Source of the DNA: Microthyrium microscopicum
Taxonomy: Eukaryota
Reading direction: 5' to 3'
Assembly (NCBI GenBank): GCA_010405405.1
Contig: MU004238.1
Location: 1,871,530-1,935,529, forward strand
Length of the DNA: 64,000 nt
Numbering within the stretch: the first letter of the stretch is position 1; every line of letters begins with the position of its first letter. The notes beneath the pieces were generated by a model, which was given only the letters and a program-made list of their open reading frames with translations, ran no database searches and was not told the origin of the DNA. This document shows positions 22,354 to 33,925 of the stretch, piece by piece. The position numbers and the translations under genes are program-made.

Positions 22354-25300
22354 ATGTCCAACGCCAAACAAAATGGATCCGTGTCAAGGGGTCGTCGATT
22401 TGGTCGCAACTTCTTCTCGTCGACACCCAAGGACGATTCGACAGGATCAAGATGGAAAGCTCCACCTCCAAATAGTCTCGTCCCCGAAATGCCATCAAGG
22501 CCAATCACACCCGTCAAATTCCAGCCTAATCGAGCCTCGTCACATTTAGTTCTCGAAAAAGCAACAAGCAGGTCTCCCGAAAAAATAATTCCTACATCTC
22601 CCACCATTACCAAGAAGAAGTCAAGATCCAGTGTGTTTGATCTTTTCAGTAAACCGAAAGTAGAACGCGCGAGAGGTTTCAATGAGGGAGGAGCAAAATT
22701 GGGAATAGTTCCAGAGAGTTCAGAATCGCAGACACCAGCGCAAACTTTAGGACCTCCACAGCCACTACAGATAGTTCAAGAGAGGCTTCAAAGACCACCG
22801 ATTCGGTCAAGGCCACAGTCAACACTTGATTTACAACCACCAGCACTAGCATCACAACAACAAGTCCAAACACAGCGTGAACCACCACCTTTAGCACGGC
22901 CAGCATCGAGGCTCAGTCTTCTCCCACAAAAAGCACCTCCCCAGCAGCCGCCTCTCGCCTTGGTTAGCAAACCAAATGAAAATTGGGATCCACCACCACT
23001 GTTCCAGGCCTTTCCGCAGGCGATCAAACATGCCAAACTCCAAGCAGTGAGTTCCTCTACTGAATCTTTTCTCCGAAGTCAACAGCAAAAACGTCAAAAT
23101 GGACTGGACGGATACGGCGCATACGCTGGCAGTTCCGCTGCTCTGCCTTTTGTCAACGAAGGGCAAGAGCAAACAGACGCCACCCATAATAAACTCAAAC
23201 GGTCCTCCATTATGGGAGAAACGACAGACCTGGTTGCAAAAATATTCGTTCTTGTCACTGCTGGTCGCCTCGTTCAATACTCAGCTTCAGGCAGTTCGGA
23301 GCGCATGCCAGAGAAAATCCTGCAAATAGGTAAAACCTCTGCTGCATTTGCTTGCGATTTAATTCCAGGAAAGCATTGGGTTGTTCAAGTGGTGCAAAGC
23401 GCGAGTGATATCAACCAACCAGTTGTCAAACCATCAAAATCATTGCTCTCAAGATTACGTTCCTCGGGAGCCATGGGAATGACCCGAAGGCAAGCGACAA
23501 GCCTCCTATTGGTTTTTAGCTCAGCAGAAGAGATGGACGAGTGGATCCAGGCAATTCGTGGTGTAATAGAACAACTGGGAGGAAGCAAGCGTAATACTGA
23601 TCCGGAAGTGACGCGAAAGGCTGAAAAGCCTGAAGAAGTACAGAAGCGATTGAGTCAACTGCCGAGCCATCGATATCTAGTTCAGAGGGACCCACAACGA
23701 TTCAACGATACGAGACGAGACAGCATATCTCCTATAATGCCTCCTCAGAAAGCGACTCCATCTCCAAGGGAGTCACGGCGCCTTTCATTGGCACCATCGG
23801 CTAACTCTTCCATCTTGGACGAAACCTTTGCTGCTCCAGTCTCGCCAATAGAGAAGGACGCCATTAGTGTATCTACCACGAGAACACGACGTGTCAGCTC
23901 TGGCGCAGCTACCTCAGCTTCCACCACAACGAGCTTCTCTCCTGATCTACTTCGATTAGAACCGCTCAAGGAGTCCTCCCGCTTCTCCAGCGCCTCAACT
24001 CGGACTTCTAGAACTTCCGATGGCGATGGCACCGCCGCAACATCGCTCTGTTCTTCCTCGCCGCCTTCGCCAGGCCTTCTCGATCCCTCAACCAACAGCC
24101 CCAATCTAGGAATAAACACACGTCGGCGCTCAGCTCAGCAACAAAGTACACCTGCAGTACCAGCCATGCCACAAGGAGCCGGTCGAACGAGCTTTTCTAT
24201 ATTCCCTCAGCAACCACAGGACAAAGCACTTCGTCCTCTGCGAGTTCTCTCTGCTGAATATCAATCTGCTCCACGCTACTGGCCAGATTCACGTCAAGGA
24301 AGCATCAGGACTAATATCAATACGCCACCAATTCCCGAATCTGACGAACGATCAACCAGTCCCAGAAACTCATATGGGAGAAGCACATCGGACACCTCCC
24401 GACCTGTCTCGACTGTTGGCCAGCTACCTACCATTCAAAACAGACGAGAGCGAGTTGTGTCTGATCCACCTCAGAATACCGCGCGGACAAGACCATTCTT
24501 TCGACCTTTGCCGGTCCGCGTCGCTGGTACTCCTGGTGCGGTACCAAATGTTAGACGCATGTCACAGCCAAAGATCGACAAGGTTGAGAGCCAAGAGTCC
24601 ATTGCAAACATGTTCAAGGAGCCAAGTCCAATTACTGCTTTTGTTCCATTGGAGCTATCAGTGCTAGGTATGAGCAAGCAAATGGCGTCGACGACTCAAT
24701 CCGTCGAGACTGTCATTGTCGAACATCAGCTGAAGTCGGAGCAACAGCTGGATGTGCTGCCAGAATCGGAGTCAGAGTCAGAGACGAAATCTGATGCTAC
24801 ATGGAAGCCAGCGCAACAGACCGGGCAAGAATCAAAGCCAGAGAGCATTTCAGATGCTCCCTTGGACGACATTCCAGAGACAACTCAGCAAGAGTCTCGG
24901 CCAGAGTCGCGGACAGCAATCTATGCACAAGATTCTCGACCAGAGTCACGGATAGCATCAAGATCAGAGTCGAGATTGGGCTCAAGACCAGGCTCAAGAC
25001 TAGATGATCGCAGAAATACCATCACCCAGCCGCGAGCCATGAACGAACCTCAACACTATTCTCATGTATCGCCAGTAATAGGAACAACCAGCTCAAGACG
25101 TATATCATCTGCGCCTTTGGCTAATCCTCCTGCGATGCCGCTCCCTGACCCGCCAATGGCCACTCTGCCATCTTTGGCTACTCGTTCGACATCAAGAACA
25201 GCGCCTCCTCCTGTCACTGGCATCCAGCCAGGCCGACGTACTCCAAGCGTTTCTAGTTTCGCCAATATGGCCTTCGACCCATCTTCGACCAGATCATCCA

Positions 25301-26235
25301 GCCCAGCACCAGTTCACTCAAGAGCAAGCTCCAAAACACACTCCACAACTCCCTCAGTATCACACTCAAGAAACTCGAGCATTACTCTAACTACCAATAC
25401 ATCTCCATCGATTGCTCCCACTCAGCCAGTTACCAAACTTCGTCGGCCAACCTCTCTCCAAATCCGAACTGACCACGCGCCCTTCCTCTCCTCCACCCGC
25501 CGCACCAGCAGCGTCAAACAACCTGCTCCAACATCCAACCCCAACTCCACCCTCTTCTCCGGACCCTACGCCTCCCGTGTCCTCTCCACTATCCAACCAC
25601 ATGCAACACCCGCCTCCGTCTTGGAAGTCACCGAGCCCGTCTCCCCAATCCGCGAATTCATGGCCGCCATCCCAAACTACTCCGAGATCCAAATGCACGA
25701 ACACATCGCATCAACAATCGCCTCCACCGCATCCACTGCGCTGACCTCGACCACTTCATCCACCTCTTCCCCATCCTCTCCCCAAACACCCACGCTACCC
25801 GCCCCGCCACCACTAACCCACGCCGCGCTCTCAGCCGCCAACGCAGCACACTCACGCACCACCTCCAACATCTCCGCCTGCAGCGACATGTCATCCAGCG
25901 CAATCCTCGAAATCGGGAATCCCGTTCGTCTATCCCGCGCATCACTCATCATGACCGCGCCAATTCCGCGCTCTCCTTCCCCGCCATTGCCAAGTACGCC
26001 GCCAACCTTCCTCCTCAGCCCAAGTACATTAGGCAGCACAAGTCCACCAGGCAGTCCAACAAGAGCACCGCGAGGCCCACCTCCGATACCGCCAATGAAT
26101 CCGGCGCGCGCGTCGATACTGAGGGGCAAACAGAGTCTGCCAAATATGGGCGTGGGTATGAGTATGGTCGGCTTACCACCGCCGATGCCACCACCTAATT
26201 GTCCATTGCCGGATGTACCGCACGTCAGTGTGTAA
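22354..26235 (+). CDS. Large Ser/Pro-rich protein with a PH-like domain, 1293 aa, single exon
   Basis: Uninterrupted 3.9-kb ORF. The one folded-looking block (KIFVLVTAGRLVQYS...AFACDLIPGKHWVVQV...LLLVFSSAEEMDEWIQAIR) ends in the PH C-terminal helix motif. Proline-rich C-terminus. Confidence 0.85.
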   Translation: MSNAKQNGSVSRGRRFGRNFFSSTPKDDSTGSRWKAPPPNSLVPEMPSRPITPVKFQPNRASSHLVLEKATSRSPEKIIPTSPTITKKKSRSSVFDLFSKPKVERARGFNEGGAKLGIVPESSESQTPAQTLGPPQPLQIVQERLQRPPIRSRPQSTLDLQPPALASQQQVQTQREPPPLARPASRLSLLPQKAPPQQPPLALVSKPNENWDPPPLFQAFPQAIKHAKLQAVSSSTESFLRSQQQKRQNGLDGYGAYAGSSAALPFVNEGQEQTDATHNKLKRSSIMGETTDLVAKIFVLVTAGRLVQYSASGSSERMPEKILQIGKTSAAFACDLIPGKHWVVQVVQSASDINQPVVKPSKSLLSRLRSSGAMGMTRRQATSLLLVFSSAEEMDEWIQAIRGVIEQLGGSKRNTDPEVTRKAEKPEEVQKRLSQLPSHRYLVQRDPQRFNDTRRDSISPIMPPQKATPSPRESRRLSLAPSANSSILDETFAAPVSPIEKDAISVSTTRTRRVSSGAATSASTTTSFSPDLLRLEPLKESSRFSSASTRTSRTSDGDGTAATSLCSSSPPSPGLLDPSTNSPNLGINTRRRSAQQQSTPAVPAMPQGAGRTSFSIFPQQPQDKALRPLRVLSAEYQSAPRYWPDSRQGSIRTNINTPPIPESDERSTSPRNSYGRSTSDTSRPVSTVGQLPTIQNRRERVVSDPPQNTARTRPFFRPLPVRVAGTPGAVPNVRRMSQPKIDKVESQESIANMFKEPSPITAFVPLELSVLGMSKQMASTTQSVETVIVEHQLKSEQQLDVLPESESESETKSDATWKPAQQTGQESKPESISDAPLDDIPETTQQESRPESRTAIYAQDSRPESRIASRSESRLGSRPGSRLDDRRNTITQPRAMNEPQHYSHVSPVIGTTSSRRISSAPLANPPAMPLPDPPMATLPSLATRSTSRTAPPPVTGIQPGRRTPSVSSFANMAFDPSSTRSSSPAPVHSRASSKTHSTTPSVSHSRNSSITLTTNTSPSIAPTQPVTKLRRPTSLQIRTDHAPFLSSTRRTSSVKQPAPTSNPNSTLFSGPYASRVLSTIQPHATPASVLEVTEPVSPIREFMAAIPNYSEIQMHEHIASTIASTASTALTSTTSSTSSPSSPQTPTLPAPPPLTHAALSAANAAHSRTTSNISACSDMSSSAILEIGNPVRLSRASLIMTAPIPRSPSPPLPSTPPTFLLSPSTLGSTSPPGSPTRAPRGPPPIPPMNPARASILRGKQSLPNMGVGMSMVGLPPPMPPPNCPLPDVPHVSV

Positions 26236-26747
26236 ACAAACATCAAGAGGCACCGAGAAGGAGAATGAGAAGAGCGAAAGATGTTATTAGTATGTGTATA
26301 CATGTACCACTATTTACGACCACGGAGTTCTGTTTTGGTTCAAAGGGAGACGGCGAGGCATTTACGGCCAGCAACACTGCAAAGCTATTTCCCTTTTAAA
26401 GGTCATTTTCGCGCCAGGCGTCGTGGCCTGTTGGATTTTTTTTTTACTTTTTCCATTCTTTTGGTGCCGGTTTTATATGCCGAAAATACCCCTTTTTCGT
26501 TGCAAGTTGGATGTTTTTACTTGATATGAGAATATAGGGGTAACAGTACCCTAGAATTGAAGGCACTCTATGTGTAAAAGCAGCACCTGGTTGTATGATA
26601 TATATTTAGCGATGCCATATCTTATAATGGTATCATTACCTGAAGTCATTATACTTGTCAATGCTTTCACTACTGTACCGAAGAGTGGACATCAAAGTTG
26701 AAGGTCGCTCACCACTCCCACTAATGACATCAAAGTAGACAGATGCA

Positions 26748-28093
26748 TCAATTTACAGTGCCGGTATCCTCCTTCTCAAAGCTCTCCATCTGTTGTACTG
26801 CCAACTTCGCGACCACTCTAGCCTCATGGTAGAACTTGTCGTCTTTCGCGATCATAATGTATTGCTCCTTCCAAGTGTTCCAGCGCTCCATACTCCACAT
26901 TTCGCGTGGCTCATTCACCGTCTCTGTCTTCTTGCACATCTTATAAACATAGCTTCCTTTCGTCCGGCCAGAGGATCCACTGTGCTCCAGCAATTGCGTC
27001 ACCCGCCAATCGATTAGGGCCCCCAATCTTGCGTTGCTGCATGTCTGGATAGTCACGACTGGGGGGTAGAATGTCGTCTAAGGCGGAGAGGAAGCCGCAG
27101 TCAAGTAGACCGAGAGTTGTGATGCGAGCAAGCGCGGACTGCCAGTTGCGCCAGCGTACTGCTGTCTCGCTGCCGGGTCTCTCAATGTCAGAGAATGGGT
27201 ACGAGTACTCTGCAATGGTTAGAAGAGCGTGCGACAGCATTTGAATAACGAACCTTGCTTTTGACGCACGAATAATTCGCACAGGCCTTGCCAATTGCCG
27301 CCAAATTCCCACAATTGAATCAAGTTATCTTGCTCGACAACATTGCCATATGCGTCCTCGTCACCGGATGCCGATGTTACTCCGTCCAAAAGCGTGTGCC
27401 CCCGAAGGTCCCGCAAGGCAGTCATAAAGTCGATGATACGATTCTGACCCTCGTGAAAAGGTGGAAACGCGGACATCAGATGAGTCAAAGTGCGGAACGT
27501 CTCTGATATAGCACCGCTGGGGTTCGGTGCGATAGTACGCAGACTAATGCCTTGTGTTTCTTCTTCATCTGAGAGACCACGAGGGTTTGGTCGGGCGATG
27601 TAGGTTGCTAATTGCTCATAGTTTTCTTTGGCAAGCAGAGTGGTCCACTCCTCAGCGACTTTGGCAGGGCTGGTTGTGCCTATAACCTATGGTTCATGAG
27701 CTACCTTGCATCTATCGGGAACGGATTTATCAAACAGTGGTATACAGGCTTGCCAGTGGGTAGACAATATGGCTGGCCCAGTCTATCAACTACAGCGGCT
27801 ATCACCGCCCTTCATGAAGAGAAGATACGGTTCTCCCAATGCAGCGGATGAGTCGTGCACCTCAGTGCGCACTCGATGAGAAACAATGCATCTCCTCTGA
27901 CCAAAAGCGATGATAGCCTGCTTCGAAAAGGGCAGCACATCAATAAACCAGCTAGTGACTTTCAGAGTAGATGCAAATCTCGTAAACATACCAGGTCATG
28001 AAGTCGATTCTTGTAAAGCAGATCTTCGGCATCGTCGTCGGCTTTGAATAGTTGAAGATTCAATGGCTCTCTAGATAACTCAGGAGTTGCCAT
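26748..28093 (-). pseudogene. DUF3632-like protein gene with an apparent +1 frameshift near 26958
   Basis: ATG 28093 (MATPELSRE), intron 27687-27991 and a second short intron near 27210-27253. Motifs WRNWQSALARI, AGAQWIL and WSMERWNTWK...ARVVAKLAVQQM. The frame changes at GAC GAA AGG AAG; removing one A restores DEGSYVYKMCKK. Confidence 0.7.
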
Positions 28094-29042
28094 GATCTCT
28101 TGTCTGCGTATTTGAGCGAGTTTGTATAGGTTTGGAGTACGAATTTCGAAGCAAAGGTTGAGAGTTGGCAATGATAGAGAGAGCAAGGGGTGGAGTGGGC
28201 TGATGAATGATTTCAAGGTTCAATGTTGCGTATCTGACCGCACCATCAGATCGTGCCTTCCAATTGTATCTGGCTCATAATAGCTCTGTATACCTGCTAT
28301 TTTTTCCTCGCCCTTGGCCAGGCTTGTACAGACAGTACGTGTGCCAAAGAAATGGGAGAACAAGAGGGTCTAACTAATCCATTTTAAGCACATTTCATTA
28401 ATTGGGATCCTGCTCCTGTAATCCACACGAAGGCACCCAAATGTTACTACCTACTCCGATTCTTTTTCCAGCGTTGCACTTGAGAGTTGACATAATCAGA
28501 TTGGTCTCTGTTTTTCGTGCTCTGATTTGTTTATTAGTGGAGTACTACTCTTGGAAGGTGATCATAGCTTTAGCCCAATCATTCGCGACTAAAACACTGT
28601 TCTATAAAACCTTTTCTTCTAAAGTCTGTGTTATATGGGTAATTAGAAGTTTGAGGAACTGGTTAAGACAGTAAATCTGAAGCGACTGAACTTGGAAAAT
28701 GCCAACAGACTTGTCCATTGCTTGAGCCACACATCCTGCATTATGTCACGTATCTCTGCTTTGATGGAGTAAATTTCGATCAATATGAAATATATTGCAT
28801 CACAAAGGTATCGCAATGGATTGGAAAAGAACTATCGAAGCAGTTGCACGTACTGCAAGCTCAGCCTTGCCATCAGCCTAACGCACCTGTATTCAGCCAA
28901 TCAGAAAGCCCCACTAAGACCAGCTCACAAGCCACAACCCTACTCCGTAGACCTGCGAACCACATCTCGACCAGCCAACTGAACGAGCGACAGCAACAGA
29001 CAACCTTATGCGCATATAGCCAAATAAGTTGATATCGGCAGC

Positions 29043-30115
29043 ATGGCGAGCAATCGAGGATACGATGTAGTAGTCGACGTTGACACGGAGGTGAGATTTT
29101 AGCCCGCCAAATCTGTCACAACGGACCGCGATCGCTAACAAGCACAGGGCGATCTAGGCCATACCGACCTGCAAGAAGACCTCGAATTCCATAACTCCAG
29201 TATGTCTTCTCTTATTCCATGGCGAACTTAGCTAAAAAGATAGACTTTGATAGCCAGCCACGCGGTGGACCGGGCAAAATCCAACCAGACAGCACCTCCA
29301 GCAATCCCTTTCTATCCTCTGGCCAGAATGCGGCGCCCAAACGACCCATCTTCACACTCTCCTTTTACTCACAATTTTTCGATGTCGATACGGCTGAGGT
29401 GCTGAAGCGGTGCTGGGCGGCGTTGTGGCCGCGCGCATCGTTTCTGGACATTCTAGATGGGAACCCGGATCTGTATGGACCGTTTTGGATTGCGACGACA
29501 GTGGTTTTCATTCTGTTTATGGCGGGAACACTGAATTGGCGAATAACGGGGAATGAGGGACAATATGATTGGGGTTTGATGAGCGGGAGTGCTGGTCTGA
29601 TCTATGGATATACTGGTGAGCTCGAACATGCGGTTTGGAAGGAGGACCAATTACTAACCTTGCGACAGGTATTGTGCCAGTGTTACTCTTCTTTACACTG
29701 CGCTGGTTTGGCAGTGAATCAGCAAATCTGCTGGAGTGCTGGTGTTTATACGGGTATGCCAACCTGATTTGGATTCCTGTGGCACTGATATCATGGTCGA
29801 CATATCCTCGTAAGCTTCAAACCAAATTATTTAACGACCACATTCTGACATATAGCAGTTCTCAACTTCATTTTTGTTGTTATTGGATTTGCCATCTCGA
29901 CGGCGTTCTTAGTACGCAACCTATACCCCGTGCTAAGTGCAACCGACATGCAAACAAGCAAGATACTGTTGATTGTGGTTGTCGTACTGCATGCAGGTCT
30001 ATCGCTTGCCATTAACATCCTTTTCTTCGCACATGGAAATGCGACGCTGAAAGATCCAGTAACAGGAAATCCACCACCATCGGAGGCACCAAAGGAACCT
30101 CCAAGCATGTTCTAA
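29043..30115 (+). CDS. YIP1-domain membrane protein (YIPF1/Yip5-like), multi-exon
   Basis: MASNRGYDVVVDVDTE|GDLGHTDLQEDLEFH, SFYSQFFDVDT, NPDLYGPFWIATTVVF and CWCLYGYANLIWIP; four canonical introns. Confidence 0.92.
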
Positions 30116-30215
30116 CCTTTGCACAAGTGCTTGCTATACTGTATGACTAGGTATTTTGTTCATGAGTTGTCAATGCATTGGGTATCTAGCGCTAAATGAG
30201 AAGCATCGAATCCAC

Positions 30216-32621
30216 CTATCCTGTCTTCTTTTGCAAATGAGCCGTTTCCCACTCACTGATGTAAGTCATTTTATCTCTCCAGTCACCCTGTCTTTCTGCA
30301 TGCCAGGTCTTCCATGCTCGAGAGAACTTGAAGCTGCCTTTAGTACGAGATTTTTTACCCTTGATATCTGCGATGGTGGCTTGATCAGGGTCATCTAGAT
30401 CCATGGGATCTGCTTCCTCCTCATCATCCATAGATTCATCTTCATCTTCATATTCTTCCTCGTCGTTCGGATCATCAGACTCTTCATCGCCATTTTCTTG
30501 AGTGGCATGCGAGCTGTTTTGTGCAGCCATCATATCTTCATGCTGTTTCAAGCGTATTTGAGTGTCTGTTAATCGAACTCTCCGATCCCGAGACCCTTTT
30601 GGCTTGAGCATGTTGGCTAGCATTGTCTCCTCCTCGCGGCTTGCTTCCATATCCTGTTGCTCCAGAATTGTCTCTTCAGCTGCTTCATCATTCAACAAAT
30701 CCATCATGCCTTGCATCTGTTTTCCAAATATTGCTTGCGATGATGTCTTGTAGCTGGAGTCATATGTCGCGCTATACATTTCCATCATTTCCTCGCCCGT
30801 TAAAGCTTCGTTTTCCTCCTCCTGTTCCAAGGCCTCGGCAATTGAAATATCACTTTGTGTATAATGTTCAGATTCTGAGCGGATCTCTTCTGAGTCGACC
30901 TCTTCCGACTCCTTCCCTTCCGACTCTACATCGTCTGACTCAGCCCCATCTGGTGAAGAGCCTTCAACAACCTGTCCTCCAGGTATAATAGCCTCATCAT
31001 CCGTTTCCCCCTCTGCATCCAGCTCAGAGTCTGTATCTGTTGGCTGCCTGCCTGGAAGATCCTTTGCCGGCGGCCTAACTTTTTGTTTGCGCGTCCTCAG
31101 CGCACGCTCTACATCGTCTAGTGGCACGTATCCCGGCTTGACCAAAAGATCTATCTCCTGTGGTCTATATTTTCGAACTTTAACAGCCAGCTGATGCCGT
31201 CGGGGCACACCGACCCAGAAGCTCCACCAGGCGTCGCGCTTGATGCCAAGCATGTCAAATGCAGCATGTACGTCGCGCAAGCTTACGATTGGTTCCTGGC
31301 GATGTTTTTTATCGTAGTCGTCCGCACGAGCATCGGCAAGACGAGTTCGAGTTTCCGTTTGGAAAAGTACTGTACTGATGACGCGGCGCATGAAGCTGAC
31401 CACAAGCGTGTGGATATCGAGTAGCGCGGTATGGCGGATAGTTGGTTCTGTGGTCACCGTATAGACGAGCTCTGGGTCTTCGACCATCTTGTGCATGAAG
31501 AGATTGCGTTGTAGCGATAGCATGTTTGGCAGATGTAGCAAGTTCGCGGACGGAACATGGCCCAACAATGAATCTTCGTCTAGGTCGCCTATTCCCTGAG
31601 GCGCCGGCAACGCACGTGTTGATTTGCCATAATGCCGAAAATATAAGAATCCGTCCATCTCAGTTTCGTCTGCCTCTTTCTCTTGCACTTCATACTCCTC
31701 TGCAATATGCGCAGCCAATTCGGAAGTCAGCAACCAGCTGTCGCCCCACCGCGCATACTCTTCAGCCTCTGCCGCTTTCATATCTGCCTGTTCCAAATTT
31801 GCAGCAGTATTCTCCACGTCCTTACACACAAGTGCACTGATTTCCAATGCCGCCGGCACTGTCCAGGCAGCTTTCTCCCCAGATTTAGGATGCTGAGCTA
31901 GTCTCTCCGCCAGGGCATCGGCCAGCATGCTCACATACTCGTGAACCTGCGGCGCGGTTTTGCCAACTGCGCTCGCAAGTGCCGGTAGGTCGTGGCGCCC
32001 ATACCGAGCCAGCGCGTCAAATAGTAGGCTTAGCTCATCGCGTGTCCAAGTCGAGCAACCGACTTGCTGGACGCGAGGGGCATTGTGGAAGGCATGATTG
32101 GACACTGGGGGTGGCATGCGCTTGTTGGCAGCGGCTTCGATGATCTGATCGTTGAGTACGTCGACATAATCAAGCAGTCGCTCGCGGGGGATGACGTAGC
32201 GCAGCTCCTTATGTTGCGGTTGGGGGAGAAGCTTATTAGCGATGAGCGGATGGGTCAGTGGAAGTTGCAGTTTGCGATATTTCTGGATACGTGTGGGCTT
32301 GGCCTTGAGAACAGCTGGAGTGGGCTGTTTTGCTGGAGGTGCTGTGAGGGGCTGTTGTTGTTGCGCTGGCGACGGTACTGATATCACAGTAGCTGGTGTT
32401 GAACGCAATGGTAAGGTGCCGGATATCGCTGTCGATTGCGCGACTGTTGAGAGTGTCGAAAGAGCGGCCACATTTGACGAGGAATGATGTGGAAGTTGAG
32501 CATCATCTGAATTATTGTGAAGGGGTTGACCTGTATTGCTCACGGAGCTGTCATTTTTGTTGGCATCTAGCTGCTCTGTAGCATTTGCTGGTCGGATGTT
32601 GAACTGGAATGTCCGCTCCAT
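30216..32621 (-). CDS. RRN5: RNA polymerase I upstream activation factor subunit Rrn5-like (SANT/Myb domain)
   Basis: 801-aa ORF. STWTRDELSLLFDALARYGRHDLPALASAVGKTAPQVHEYV is SANT-like and followed by VPAALEIS. Later blocks LLHLPNMLSLQRNLFM and TLVVSFMRRVISTVLFQTETR; acidic C-terminus. Confidence 0.75.
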   Translation of the reverse strand: MERTFQFNIRPANATEQLDANKNDSSVSNTGQPLHNNSDDAQLPHHSSSNVAALSTLSTVAQSTAISGTLPLRSTPATVISVPSPAQQQQPLTAPPAKQPTPAVLKAKPTRIQKYRKLQLPLTHPLIANKLLPQPQHKELRYVIPRERLLDYVDVLNDQIIEAAANKRMPPPVSNHAFHNAPRVQQVGCSTWTRDELSLLFDALARYGRHDLPALASAVGKTAPQVHEYVSMLADALAERLAQHPKSGEKAAWTVPAALEISALVCKDVENTAANLEQADMKAAEAEEYARWGDSWLLTSELAAHIAEEYEVQEKEADETEMDGFLYFRHYGKSTRALPAPQGIGDLDEDSLLGHVPSANLLHLPNMLSLQRNLFMHKMVEDPELVYTVTTEPTIRHTALLDIHTLVVSFMRRVISTVLFQTETRTRLADARADDYDKKHRQEPIVSLRDVHAAFDMLGIKRDAWWSFWVGVPRRHQLAVKVRKYRPQEIDLLVKPGYVPLDDVERALRTRKQKVRPPAKDLPGRQPTDTDSELDAEGETDDEAIIPGGQVVEGSSPDGAESDDVESEGKESEEVDSEEIRSESEHYTQSDISIAEALEQEEENEALTGEEMMEMYSATYDSSYKTSSQAIFGKQMQGMMDLLNDEAAEETILEQQDMEASREEETMLANMLKPKGSRDRRVRLTDTQIRLKQHEDMMAAQNSSHATQENGDEESDDPNDEEEYEDEDESMDDEEEADPMDLDDPDQATIADIKGKKSRTKGSFKFSRAWKTWHAERQGDWRDKMTYISEWETAHLQKKTG

Positions 32622-33119
32622 ATCCAGATAGGCATGATCTTCATGACATCTCCTAGCTCTTATTGGTCTGTGTTATTGGCAAAGTTTTGGTTCCCTCGAA
32701 GTTGAAGAGTCTTGAGGTTTCAAAGTCGTTGGAAGTTGTTGAGATGGATCGACTGCACGTGATTCTGCCCAATCCAGCACCTGGCGAAGCCTATAAGAGA
32801 AGGAAGTCACGAAGGAGCAACACGGGCGATAGAAAGCCTCTATGCCTTTTTAAGTGATTAGAAAGAACATATAGGAAGGAATCTGATGAAAATTGACAAT
32901 TTGAAACAAAATATATGCAAATGCCTAGGTTGCAGAGCAATCCTCCCCAGACGCCCCATTTACGATCAAGTAATCGACAATTGGTAATGAAGCCCACCGA
33001 TTTGGACGCATCCCAAGGGTATATCGCAGAGAAACACAAGTCGAAAGGCAGAAACGTGCGCCCAAAACGATGCTAATGCTCACAGTACAAGTACAACTGC
33101 CATATCTTACAACCAATGC

Positions 33120-33925
33120 TTACGACATCCATGACTCTTCCGATTCCTGGGATTTGCGCTCTCTAGCCGAGTCAATTTCATGGACACCTCGCATCATCAC
33201 CCGCCTCATCTGCTCCACGTCGTCCGAGGTGAAGGAGCATAGGTCGTAATTGATGTCTTGTAAAATACATCGTATCGTGGCATCCAGGTCGGACGATGAG
33301 ACATCTCCAACACTCACTTTCTCGGCCCACCATTTTGGGCTTGATCGTACGTCTTCAAGAAAAGACGCGGATACTTGGAGTGCCGCTAGAGCAATGAGTT
33401 CGGGTTGCCAGTTAAGTACAACGCTGTTTGTGGATCGTCTGGATCGATGGCCTCGAGTAGGAGGTCGAGAGCTTGATGAGGATGGAGGTTGCTGGCTAGC
33501 TTGGGCATCGAGAAGGGCGTTCCGCCAGTTGCGAACAAAGGAGGAACTCAAAGCATCGAGAAGGCAGCCTGCGAGGCATAGGGTCGAGAATGATAGTTGT
33601 GCTCTTGTAAGGTATTCGGCGAGTTTCCCTGGACATAGTCGAGATCGTGATGCTTGTCTAGGAACGAGGTTTGCAATACGTATAGCGGGACCTGTGCAAA
33701 TGATATGTTAGCATGTCCAAGATAGCTCGGGAATAATGTCATCTTACCCAGTACTTCTGGATCTACTTCACCGAAATCGGCCTCTGGAGGAGTTGATGCA
33801 GCGGTAAGCGGCGGAGTCGGTAGGTTTGATAGTGGTTTATAGTTCGCAAAATAGTGTTCGAGATTGTCCTCATCCGACATGGTAGAACGGGCAAAGGAAT
33901 TGTGATTGTCCGTAAAGTAATCCAT
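33120..33925 (-). CDS. Fungal protein with a cyclin-like fold, two exons
   Basis: YFANYKPLSNLPTPP...DPEVL|GPAIRIANLVP...LCLAGCLLDAL...PELIALAALQVSASFLED...WWA...RCILQDINYDL; intron about 33691-33748. Confidence 0.65.

Noticed and set aside
24830..25005. ESRP/GSR peptide repeats in the PH-domain protein
   Set aside because: Short degenerate repeats typical of disordered regions, with no evidence of a special function.
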